Assembly: GCF_019973615.1 (NCBI RefSeq)
Contig: NZ_AP024238.1
Coordinates: 2,717,989-2,749,988, forward strand
Origin: Rhodoferax lithotrophicus
Lineage (GTDB): Bacteria; Pseudomonadota; Gammaproteobacteria; Burkholderiales; Burkholderiaceae_C
Length of the DNA stretch: 32,000 nt
Direction of reading: 5' to 3'
Positions 1-7,919 of this stretch are shown piece by piece. The notes below the pieces were generated by a model. That model saw only the letters and a list, made by a program, of their open reading frames with translations, ran no database searches and had not been told where the DNA came from. Every line of letters begins with the position of its first letter. Position 1 is the stretch's first letter. A program made the position numbers and the translations under genes.

Positions 1-180
1 AGATTTTCCCAATATTTTTTTGGACACCATCTGTGAACGTGCTCTGTGTTTGCCACACAAAAAGCACGACATGGTGGCGGCACCAAAAGAAGTTGCCGCT
101 GTGAAGGGAGAACCCGACACTTTGGATTTGTAACGAAGGCCATCGGCCACGATTTTAGTTTTGGTATCTGCTTTTGCCAT
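1..180 (-). CDS. hypothetical protein, N-terminal 60 codons only (gene continues past the left window edge)
   Basis: ATG at 180-178 opens a frame that stays open to base 1 (MAKADTKTKIVADGLRYKSKVSGSPFTAATSFGAATMSCFLCGKHRARSQMVSKKILGKS...). No convincing SD and no family recognised. It is divergent from yggX. Confidence 0.3.
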   Translation of the reverse strand, partial: MAKADTKTKIVADGLRYKSKVSGSPFTAATSFGAATMSCFLCGKHRARSQMVSKKILGKS

Positions 181-264
181 AGGGGTAGATTTTACGCCAG
201 TCAGCCCGACTACGGAAAAGCTTGCTAAAGTTAACCCTTTTGAACGTTCTCTCAAAGGGTATTT

Positions 265-537
265 ATGGCACGCACTGTGAAATGCATCAAACTGGGTATT
301 GAAGCTGAAGGGCTTGATTTTGCCCCCTACCCTGGCGAACTCGGCAAACGTCTGTGGGAGAGTGTTAGCAAACAAGCTTGGGCTGATTGGCTCAAGCATC
401 AAACCATGCTGGTTAATGAAAACCGCCTGAATCTGGCAGATGCCCGGGCCCGTCAGTATCTGGCACGCCAAATGGAAAATCATTTCTTTGGTGGTGGAGC
501 GGACGCTGCGCAGGGTTATGTGCCACCCAAAGCCTGA
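265..537 (+). CDS. yggX: Fe(2+)-trafficking / oxidative-damage protection protein YggX
   Basis: 90 aa. It is colinear by eye with E. coli YggX ([15 protein letters not shown]......SK.AWA.W...QTML.NE..LN). Confidence 0.92.
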   Translation: MARTVKCIKLGIEAEGLDFAPYPGELGKRLWESVSKQAWADWLKHQTMLVNENRLNLADARARQYLARQMENHFFGGGADAAQGYVPPKA

Positions 538-546
538 GGTGATGCT

Positions 547-2328
547 TTGAGCCCCCAAGGGCATCCCTGGCAAAAACAGCCTGATTGGCGTATTCTTGAC
601 ACGCAATTTGGCTCAGGCAACACTTTTCTAGCCACTTGGCTCACATGGCTTGAAGACGCAGATCACCCGCGTTTGTTGCACTACGTGGCTGTGTGTCAAC
701 AGCCATGCAGTGCCTCTGAGCTGATCAAGCATTTCGAGGCTCACCCCAAACTTGCATCGCTAGCGCTTGAGCTCAGTCATCACTGGTTTGGACTGTTGCC
801 AGGTTTTCATCGTTTTTTACTTGAGCAAGGCCAAGTTGTGCTGACCCTGTGTGTGGGTGAGCCTTTGCCGATGCTGAGAGCACAGCAATTTGAAGCAGAT
901 GCCATCGAACTCACGCTGCCTCATACCTGCCAGGACGAGTTGTCTTGGTTTTTGAAAGCCATTGCCCATTGCTGTCGGCGTGGAACTCGCCTGGTGATGC
1001 GTCATGCTGATGCCGCTGAAACTCCGGGATGGCCAAGAGTACTGACCCAATGTGGCTTCACGTTGGAACCGATGAAATCGGATGGCGATGACTCATATCG
1101 CCAAAAGCCAAGCTCATTTTCCGGTTACTTTGATCCCGCCTGGACACTCCAAAGGACACGCCCAACGACAAAAACGGGCCCCTTACCCGTATTAAGGTGC
1201 GCCGTCATTGGCGCTGGCTTGGCTGGAGCTGCCGTTGCCACATCATTGGCCCGGCGTGGCTGGCAAGTCACGGTGCTTGATCAAGCCGAGACACCTGCCG
1301 CAGGTGCATCCGGACTGCCTGTGGGCTTGGTACTCCCCCATGTTTCAAGTGACGATTGCACACTGTCACGCCTGTCACGCGCAGGTGTCAGGATGATGCT
1401 GCAACAAGTTAGTGAATTGCTGAACGTGAACAGGGACTGGGCTCCTAGCGGTGTGTTTGAGCGTCAAATCGGAGGTACCCCAAAATTGCCTTTGACTTGG
1501 TCATCTGAAGGTACACAATGGTCAGCCAATGGGCATCCTGATGGTGACGTGGCTTTGGGCTCAGGACTTTGGCATCCCAAGGGTGCCTGGATCAAACCTG
1601 CCGCCTTGGTCAAGGCTTGGCTTAATCAACCAGGGATTACTTTTCTGGGCAATGCCGCAGTGACAGATGTTCGCCGCCAAGGGCCCACATGGGTGCTGAG
1701 CAATAATTCAAGTGAGATGCTTTGTGAAGCCGAATGTGTGGTGTTTGCCAATGCGAACGGGGCTTTTGAATTGCTTCAAAAAATGAAGCACTCAGCGCTT
1801 GATACACAAGCACAAGAGTCTCATTTACCTTCAAAACAAGGAATGCTTGGCTTGCTCAGCTGGGCTTTGCATGCCGAACCTGAGGAAGCAAGGTTTGCAC
1901 CATTTCCGGTCAATGGTGCGGGCAGCATCGTGTCCTGTGTTCCTACGGAAAACGGTCTAACGTGGTTCATGGGGTCTTCGTACCAACCCGATGCTCAACT
2001 GGAGCGCAGCGACCAAGAAAACCATCTTCGGAACTTGGAACATTTGAAGGAATTGCTTCCGTCACTAGCTCAAAAGCTGGCACCCGTCTTTGAGGCGGGC
2101 ACACTTCACGCTTGGAAAGGCACGCGCTGCATCACCGCAGATCGACTACCCGTGGTGGGGCCATTGGATGCCACAGATCAACCCAGTTTGTGGATATGTG
2201 CCGGCATGGGCTCACGTGGATTGAGCTTCTCTGTACTGTGTGCTGAGCTGTTGGTTGCCCGCATGGGTGCTGAACCTTGGCCTATAGAGGCCAAACTGGC
2301 ACGATCCCTGGAGGCCTTGCGTGCCTGA
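547..2328 (+). CDS. mnmC: bifunctional tRNA 5-methylaminomethyl-2-thiouridine biosynthesis protein MnmC (methyltransferase + FAD oxidoreductase)
   Basis: 593 aa. N-terminal ILDTQFGSGNTFLATW is a MnmC methyltransferase-type motif. Central Rossmann FAD motif CAVIGAGLAGAAVATSLARRGWQVTVLD, with a DAO-type C-terminus. TTG start 5 nt after GAGG (538-541) and 9 nt after the yggX stop. Confidence 0.8.
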   Translation: MSPQGHPWQKQPDWRILDTQFGSGNTFLATWLTWLEDADHPRLLHYVAVCQQPCSASELIKHFEAHPKLASLALELSHHWFGLLPGFHRFLLEQGQVVLTLCVGEPLPMLRAQQFEADAIELTLPHTCQDELSWFLKAIAHCCRRGTRLVMRHADAAETPGWPRVLTQCGFTLEPMKSDGDDSYRQKPSSFSGYFDPAWTLQRTRPTTKTGPLPVLRCAVIGAGLAGAAVATSLARRGWQVTVLDQAETPAAGASGLPVGLVLPHVSSDDCTLSRLSRAGVRMMLQQVSELLNVNRDWAPSGVFERQIGGTPKLPLTWSSEGTQWSANGHPDGDVALGSGLWHPKGAWIKPAALVKAWLNQPGITFLGNAAVTDVRRQGPTWVLSNNSSEMLCEAECVVFANANGAFELLQKMKHSALDTQAQESHLPSKQGMLGLLSWALHAEPEEARFAPFPVNGAGSIVSCVPTENGLTWFMGSSYQPDAQLERSDQENHLRNLEHLKELLPSLAQKLAPVFEAGTLHAWKGTRCITADRLPVVGPLDATDQPSLWICAGMGSRGLSFSVLCAELLVARMGAEPWPIEAKLARSLEALRA

Positions 2329-2373
2329 TTTCCGTCTAAACTGACTTGTCTGATCACAATGCCAGCTATTCGA

Positions 2374-2390
2374 CAGGCATGACATGCCTG
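2374..2390 (+). terminator. weak hairpin downstream of mnmC
   Basis: CAGGCAT-GAC-ATGCCTG (7-bp stem) 46 nt after the mnmC stop. It is followed only by AATTTCT, so the U-tract is poor. Confidence 0.3.
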
Positions 2391-2655
2391 AATTTCTGAA
2401 CGATTATCGGAGTTGGCCAGATGCCCAATCCCATGTTCTCACGCTGTACCGCGAGTTCCACTGCCACAGAAAACCCATACCCAAGCTGCCAGGATGATCC
2501 GGGATTTTTGTCCGCACTGAGCGACCACGCACCGTTTTGTTGGAAAGGGATGCGACATGCAGGTCATGCAAAGAACCGGTAAAAGAGAGCGATGCGCCCC
2601 ACTGCCCTGCTCCGGTCTTGGTTACCGGCCGTTTGCTACCTGCCTGTTTGTTGAA

Positions 2656-2674
2656 AAGAGCTTGTGCTACAGCC
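2656..2674 (-). repeat. possible internally deleted copy of the intergenic repeat found at 26145 and 30140
   Basis: AAGAGCTT-GT-GCTACAGCC matches both ends of the reverse complement of 26145-26181 (AAGAGCTT...GCTAGAGCC) but lacks the central hairpin. It lies 16 nt downstream of the rpiA stop, in the same orientation relative to that gene. Confidence 0.3.
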
Positions 2675-2689
2675 GTATTGGGTTTCCCC

Positions 2690-3370
2690 TTAAAACGTGA
2701 GTGTTTGGACACCTTGTGCGGTGCCCAATAAGCACACATGTGCTTTCTGAAAGGCAAATACACCGACCGTCACCACGCCAGGCCATTGACTTACCTGGGT
2801 CTCAAACTTCAGCGGATCGGTGATTTGCAGCCCGGTTACATCCACAATATGTTGGCCGTTGTCAGTCACCAGTGGTTGACCGTCACGCAAACGTATTTGA
2901 GCCTCCCCACCCATGGCACGAAACTGCCTGATGATGCGCTGAGCAGCCATCGGTATTACTTCAACAGGTAATGGAAACCGGCCCAAGGTGGTCACCAATT
3001 TCGACTCATCGGCAATACACACAAATTGCTTTGACTGGGATGCAATGATTTTTTCACGTGTCAGCGCAGCTCCACCACCTTTGATCATGAAACCCTGGCG
3101 ATCAATTTCATCCGCGCCGTCAATGTAAACCGCGAGTTCATCCACCTCATTGGAATCAAAGACCGGGATGCCCAAAGCTTTAAGACGTTCGGTACTGGCG
3201 TTTGAACTCGACACCGCGCCCTTGATCTGTTCTTTGATGGTGGCCAACGCGTCGATGAACTTATTTACCGTTGAACCCGTACCCACACCGACAACTTCAC
3301 CCAGTACCACATACTTCAATGCAGCATGCCCAACCAGGGTTTTGAGATCGTCTTGCGAGAGTGTGGACAT
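2690..3370 (-). CDS. rpiA: ribose-5-phosphate isomerase A
   Basis: 226 aa with RpiA motifs [13 protein letters not shown] and [11 protein letters not shown], and full-length resemblance to RpiA. Confidence 0.95.
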   Translation of the reverse strand: MSTLSQDDLKTLVGHAALKYVVLGEVVGVGTGSTVNKFIDALATIKEQIKGAVSSSNASTERLKALGIPVFDSNEVDELAVYIDGADEIDRQGFMIKGGGAALTREKIIASQSKQFVCIADESKLVTTLGRFPLPVEVIPMAAQRIIRQFRAMGGEAQIRLRDGQPLVTDNGQHIVDVTGLQITDPLKFETQVSQWPGVVTVGVFAFQKAHVCLLGTAQGVQTLTF

Positions 3371-3434
3371 GTTGTTGGCCTTTCTAAGATGTATAGGTGA
3401 AAATCGGACGCATTTTTAACGAAACAATTATCCA

Positions 3435-4538
3435 ATGGCTCTTGTTCCTTACGCGTTGACCCGTCCGTTTTTATTTGGCATGGATCCTGAGGCGGCTCAT
3501 GAATTGACTCTGAATACCCTGGCGCGTACCCAGCACTCACTCCTGAATTGGGCTTACCGAGGCAACCGAGTTTGTGACCCCATTGAGTTGGCGGGGCTCA
3601 CGTTTCCAAACCGTGTGGGGTTGGCTGCGGGACTGGATAAAAATGCTCGCTGTATTGACGGCCTGGGGGCGATGGGTTTCGGTTTTGTGGAAGTAGGCAC
3701 GGTGACCCCATTGGCCCAAAGTGGCAACCCAAAACCACGCATGTTTCGCTTGCCAAAAGCCATGGGATTAATCAACCGACTCGGCTTCAACAACGATGGT
3801 CTGGATGCTTTTATTGCTAACGTCCAACAATCTCGCCTTTACCAGCAGCGCAGCACCCACCCGGCTGAACCCGCTATGATGTTGTTAGGGTTGAACATCG
3901 GTAAAAACGCCGCGACACCTATGGAACGTGCCACGGATGATTATTTGATTTGCCTTGACGGTGTTTATCCCTATGCCGATTACGTGACTGTCAACATCTC
4001 CAGTCCCAACACCAAAAATCTGCGCACTCTGCAAAATGATGATGCACTGGATGCCTTGCTGGGAGCCATCTCCAAACGACGTGAAGAGTTGGCCCAAACA
4101 TCTGGCAAGCGCGTTCCCATTTTTCTGAAAATCGCCCCCGATCTGGATGAAACACAAATTGCGGTCATCGCCCAAACACTACAACGTTATGGGAAAGACA
4201 CTCAAGGCAAAGTGAACAATGCTTGGGGAGTGATCGCCACAAACACCACGTTAAGCCGCGATGCCGTTCAAGGCATGGAGCACGCGCAAGAAGCGGGTGG
4301 ACTTTCTGGGGCTCCCGTGTTGACCATGAGCAACCGGGTGATTTCACAATTACGCGCCAGCTTGGGTCAGAATTTTCCAATCATTGGCGTGGGCGGCATC
4401 ATGAGTGCGCAAGATGCCGTGAGCAAAATCCGTGCTGGCGCAGATGTGGTGCAAATTTACAGTGGCTTGATTTATCAAGGCCCAGAACTGGTGTCCGAGA
4501 CTGCATCTCTAATAAAAAAGACCTTCCAGTGCTTATAA
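3435..4538 (+). CDS. pyrD: dihydroorotate dehydrogenase (quinone), class 2
   Basis: 367 aa with motifs [33 protein letters not shown] and GVGGI....A..K..AGA..VQ.YS. The long N-terminal extension is typical of membrane-associated class 2 enzymes. Confidence 0.95.
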   Translation: MALVPYALTRPFLFGMDPEAAHELTLNTLARTQHSLLNWAYRGNRVCDPIELAGLTFPNRVGLAAGLDKNARCIDGLGAMGFGFVEVGTVTPLAQSGNPKPRMFRLPKAMGLINRLGFNNDGLDAFIANVQQSRLYQQRSTHPAEPAMMLLGLNIGKNAATPMERATDDYLICLDGVYPYADYVTVNISSPNTKNLRTLQNDDALDALLGAISKRREELAQTSGKRVPIFLKIAPDLDETQIAVIAQTLQRYGKDTQGKVNNAWGVIATNTTLSRDAVQGMEHAQEAGGLSGAPVLTMSNRVISQLRASLGQNFPIIGVGGIMSAQDAVSKIRAGADVVQIYSGLIYQGPELVSETASLIKKTFQCL

Positions 4539-4561
4539 ATAGTGAATACACTGCTATTGAT

Positions 4562-5662
4562 TTAATTATCAAGTAACTGAATAACGGCTTCTCCAATTGC
4601 CAACGAACTGGTTAAGCCAGGCGATTCAATCCCAAAAAGGTTGACCAAGCCTGGGTGTCCATGAACGTTGGCACCTTGAATGACAAAGTCACTAACAGGC
4701 TCATTCGGGCCACTGATTTTTGGTCGAATACCTGCATATGCTGGCATTAATGCGCCATCCTGCAAACTTGGCCAGTATTTGCGAACTTCAGCATAGAACG
4801 CATCTCCGCGCTCAGCATCAACAACAAGGTCGTCAACAGAGTCAACCCACTGCACATCTGGGCCAAACTTGGCTTGTCCAGCTAAATCAATCGTTAAATG
4901 TACGCCCAAGCCCCCAGCCTCTGGGACTGGGTAAATCAAATGCGTGAACGGCGCTTTACCCGAGAGTGCAAAATAATTGCCTTTGGCATAAAAAGTGGTG
5001 GGAATATGTTCATGGCCTAAGCCTGAAAAATTTCTAGCCAAACTCGATGCCGTTAATCCTGCTGCATTAACCAACACATTACACGCCAGTCGGGTGCCAT
5101 CCTTCATGGTTAATTCAATGACATTGGGTTCAAGTTTGGCTTGCATCAAGGTGCTATGAAGCACCACTGTGCCCCCTGCATTTTCAATATCCGCCTGCAA
5201 TGACAACATCAATGCATGACTGTCCACAATACCCGTGCTGGAAGATAACAAAGCGGCATCACAAACCAATTGGGGTTCTAATTTCAAGGCTGTTTGCCGA
5301 TCAAGCCATACCAAATCTGTAATTCCATTTCGTTTGGCAGCTTCTTCAATGTTCAGAAGCTTGGCCTTCTGATCTGAATCGGTAGCAACGATCATTTTCC
5401 CGCAACGACGATGAGCGATGCCACGGGCTTCACAGTAGGCGTACAGCATCTTGTTACCTAAAACACATAGGTGCGCTTTCAGCGAATCAGGTTTGTAATA
5501 AATTCCGGCATGAATGACTTCGCTGTTTCGTGAACTGGTCGCTGTACCAATTGCACCAGCGGTTTCCAACACCAAAACCTCACGGCCAGCTAACGCCAAG
5601 CTGCGTGCAACAGCCAAACCGACAACACCAGCGCCAACAACTACGCAATCTACTCGATCCAT
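4562..5662 (-). CDS. FAD-dependent oxidoreductase, L-2-hydroxyglutarate oxidase/dehydrogenase-like (COG0579 family)
   Basis: 366 aa. Rossmann motif DCVVVGAGVVGLAVARSLALAGREVLVLE. SSRNSEVIHAGIYYKPDSLKA and GIVDSH resemble LhgO/YgaF-type enzymes. Confidence 0.8.
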   Translation of the reverse strand: MDRVDCVVVGAGVVGLAVARSLALAGREVLVLETAGAIGTATSSRNSEVIHAGIYYKPDSLKAHLCVLGNKMLYAYCEARGIAHRRCGKMIVATDSDQKAKLLNIEEAAKRNGITDLVWLDRQTALKLEPQLVCDAALLSSSTGIVDSHALMLSLQADIENAGGTVVLHSTLMQAKLEPNVIELTMKDGTRLACNVLVNAAGLTASSLARNFSGLGHEHIPTTFYAKGNYFALSGKAPFTHLIYPVPEAGGLGVHLTIDLAGQAKFGPDVQWVDSVDDLVVDAERGDAFYAEVRKYWPSLQDGALMPAYAGIRPKISGPNEPVSDFVIQGANVHGHPGLVNLFGIESPGLTSSLAIGEAVIQLLDN

Positions 5663-6282
5663 GGTTAACCTCCACGAGGGCTAGCAACTTGTTACAGAAA
5701 GAGCACATCCAATCAATCCAAGGTCGAGTTTTTTCCAACAAAACACTACTGGTCAATGCCGTGATCTCTGCATTGCCTTTTAAGATGTGCTGCTTCAAAT
5801 CGTCATTGGATGTAACCCGGATGTGTCGCTGGAATGTACACGCCATCCTAGAAAAGGTGCACTTGATCAAGTTAAGTCATGAACCATGCCTGGATGTATG
5901 AACATACTCGAAACATCCATAACGGGGGCAGGGATAGGTTATGGTCTCTTTGGATATCTAGGACGAGTGGCTATCCAACATTACCTGAATGACAGCACCC
6001 TTGAGGTTAGTACTTGTCGAGTTGCTTGAACAACGCAATAAAACTGATGCTGCAACAGTCGCCCTATCTACACACCGGAGAATCATTGGCAGCCTAAAAC
6101 CAAAACTTTGCTGAGGTTTGGTGATCAAAATGCCATCATCTTGGTACGCATTCACATCTCGTACGTATGCCACCTGCGAAGCTAAAAACTCTGGGGTATG
6201 GCGCGCTGTTATTCTGACAGCGCCAACGAAGGTCGTTCAGATTTTCTTGCCATGATCACTATGCAAATTGAACAAAATTGAC

Positions 6283-6315
6283 AAAAAAAGACCTAGAAAA
6301 TCTAGGTCTTTTTCT
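6283..6315. terminator. bidirectional rho-independent terminator (ends tRNA-Val transcript on the minus strand)
   Basis: AAAAAAAG-AGACCTAGA-AAA-TCTAGGTCT-TTTTCT: a perfect 9-bp stem flanked by an A7 run on one side and a T5 run on the other. It lies 14 nt downstream of the tRNA-Val 3' end. Confidence 0.75.
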
Positions 6316-6322
6316 AAAATCA

Positions 6323-6397
6323 TGGTGGGCGGTGGAGGCTTCGAACCTCCGACCCCAGCAGTGTGAATGCTGTGCTCTACCCCTGAGCTAACCGCCC
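6323..6397 (-). tRNA. tRNA-Val (anticodon CAC), CCA encoded
   Basis: The reverse complement folds as a cloverleaf: GGGCGGT TA GCTC AGGGGTA GAGC A CAGCA TTCACAC TGCTG GGGTC GGAGG TTCGAAG CCTCC ACCGCCC A CCA (75 nt). Confidence 0.95.
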
Positions 6398-6637
6398 CAT
6401 TCCCTTATCGGTAACAGACTGAAATTATGCCATACATTTTTATCTTTTTAAGAAAAAATAACAAATCTTCCAGCCTTGAGAGGACGGGTATTGGCTGCAC
6501 TACAACTCACATACCCTGCGACTCGTCTTCGTTTTACAGTGCCCTCAACTACAGTAGTTTTTCTAACGTCCCACAGAACAGAGATTTAACCCGCTTTGGA
6601 TTTAAAAGAATATTTATGCTTTTTAAAGAACAGTTAC

Positions 6638-6666
6638 TTAAATCAGCAAAAAAACCTGTCTATAAT
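6638..6666 (+). promoter_or_regulatory. putative sigma70 promoter of tRNA-Asn
   Basis: Perfect -10 TATAAT at 6661-6666, 11 nt before the mature tRNA 5' end. Weak -35 TTAAAT at 6638-6643 (17-nt spacer), with an A/T-rich upstream region. Confidence 0.4.
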
Positions 6667-6677
6667 ATAGGACTTGT

Positions 6678-6753
6678 TCCTCGATAGCTCAGTTGGTAGA
6701 GCGCCGGACTGTTAATCCGTAGGTCCCTGGTTCGAGCCCAGGTCGAGGAGCCA
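6678..6753 (+). tRNA. tRNA-Asn (anticodon GTT), CCA encoded
   Basis: TCCTCGA TA GCTC AGTTGGTA GAGC G CCGGA CTGTTAA TCCGT AGGTC CCTGG TTCGAGC CCAGG TCGAGGA G CCA (76 nt). Close to E. coli tRNA-Asn. Confidence 0.97.
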
Positions 6754-6771
6754 AAGATACGCTAGTGAATG

Positions 6772-6805
6772 AAGCCCTTACGAGAAATCGTAGTGGGCTT
6801 TTTTT
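6772..6805 (+). terminator. rho-independent terminator after tRNA-Asn
   Basis: AAGCCCTTACGA-GAAA-TCGTAGTGGGCTT (stem with one bulge, GNRA loop) followed by T7. Confidence 0.75.
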
Positions 6806-6880
6806 ATGTTCGGATTGGACTATTCGGACTTGCTCAGTTCTACTTTGGTTCGGTGGAGTGCCTTTTGAAAGATCATTTGA

Positions 6881-7087
6881 ATGAAACCACTCTTCTCCAA
6901 CATGACACCATCTAATTGGAAAACAACCCTGCGCTTTGTAGCCGGTATCGTGGCGATACTGACGCTAAATGCCTGCGCTGTGGTGGCTGTTGCAGATGCT
7001 GCTGTCACCGTTGTGGCCACCGGGGTTAAGGTCACTGCCAAGGCGGTAGGCGCGGTGGCTGACGCGGTCATTCCCGGTGGCGATTGA
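6881..7087 (+). CDS. small putative lipoprotein, Ala/Val-rich
   Basis: 68 aa. Hydrophobic signal segment ending in the lipobox-like LTLNAC. The mature part is AVVAVADAAVTVVATGVKVTAKAVGAVADAVIPGGD. The stop lies 9 nt before the next ATG. No SD is visible. The mirror ORF 6820..7098(-) is judged an antisense artefact. Confidence 0.5.
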   Translation: MKPLFSNMTPSNWKTTLRFVAGIVAILTLNACAVVAVADAAVTVVATGVKVTAKAVGAVADAVIPGGD

Positions 7088-7096
7088 TTGTGCGGC

Positions 7097-7468
7097 ATGA
7101 ATCTCGCTTTGTTGTTGCGCTCAGCTTCGCCGTTCTGGCGCTGGTCTTTCTGGGGCTTGGTGCTGGTTACGTTGTGGTTATCACTTATTCCGTCTGAACA
7201 GGTGCCCCAAGGCCTTCACTTCTGGGACAAGGCGCAGCATGCAGCAGGCTTTGCTGGACTGGGTTTTCTGGGGCTGATAGCTTACCCGGTTCGTACCGGA
7301 GCAGTTTTACTTAGCCTGGCCTTGTTTGGCATCGGCATTGAGGTCGCACAATGGCTGACGGGTTGGAGGCATGGGGATTTGCAGGACTGGGTGGCAGATT
7401 GCGTCGGAATTGCGATTGGTTACGCGGGGTGGTGGGGGGCAGCCTTAGCGATAAGGATGCGGCGCTAG
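7097..7468 (+). CDS. VanZ-like family membrane protein
   Basis: 123 aa from ATG 7097 (the track ORF starts at TTG 7088). VanZ-type motifs WDKAQHAAGF and GIEVAQWLTGWRHGDLQDWVADCVGIAIG, with 3-4 hydrophobic helices. Confidence 0.75.
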   Translation: MNLALLLRSASPFWRWSFWGLVLVTLWLSLIPSEQVPQGLHFWDKAQHAAGFAGLGFLGLIAYPVRTGAVLLSLALFGIGIEVAQWLTGWRHGDLQDWVADCVGIAIGYAGWWGAALAIRMRR

Positions 7469-7919
7469 CCCAAAAGGTCTTCGGTCAATTCCAATGAAAA
7501 AGGGCAAAGCTCGTAACGAACTCTACCCTTCAGTGTGCTTTCTCAGGTATGGAAAGCGTTATGACGGTAAACCGCCTGTCAAGTGTGTGCGTATGTATGT
7601 TCCATGGTCATCTACGGGGCTCCTTCACCGAGAATAGGGACTCGGTCACGGGGAAATTCTGCGCCTGAATTGTTGAAGAGTCAATTACTTTACTGGAAAC
7701 TGGGCCGTCAGACCCCGCATTTCAGCAGCCGGTGAAGGCAAAACAGCTCTTCGGCGTGCCACCTATGTTGCCCAGCGCACGGACACAGATGCTGCACCTC
7801 TTGATACTGAAACCCGTGATGCACAGCATTTCTGCGCTTGTGCAAAACGTAGTCACCCAGGTCAGCCGTCTGCTGTCTTGGATTTCAAAAGTTTTTGTAT
7901 CCATCAAAGAGGTCGGCGA

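Noticed and set aside
46-228. 60-aa plus-strand ORF at the left edge
   Set aside because: It has Cys/Arg/Gly-rich nonsense-like composition and lies opposite a better open frame on the minus strand (1-180).
2404-2763. 119-aa minus-strand ORF in the mnmC-rpiA spacer
   Set aside because: It overlaps the rpiA 3' end out of frame, has an Arg/Ser/Trp-rich odd composition, and has no SD.
5677-5710. Possible fourth copy of the REP-like element (GGCTAGCAACTTGTTACAGAAAGAGC)
   Set aside because: Only loose resemblance at the ends. It is too degenerate to distinguish from chance by eye.
6427-6687. 86-aa ORF between the two tRNA genes
   Set aside because: It runs through the AT-rich promoter region and into the tRNA-Asn gene. 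Its composition is that of non-coding DNA.
6820-7098. 92-aa minus-strand ORF mirroring the small lipoprotein ORF
   Set aside because: The plus frame has a signal peptide and lipobox and is coupled to the downstream VanZ gene. The minus frame has neither. This is a close call.
7878-7919. N-terminal extension of the ice-binding-like ORF (track start 7878)
   Set aside because: ATG 7920 has a GAGG SD and yields a canonical lipoprotein signal peptide. The extension adds 14 atypical residues.
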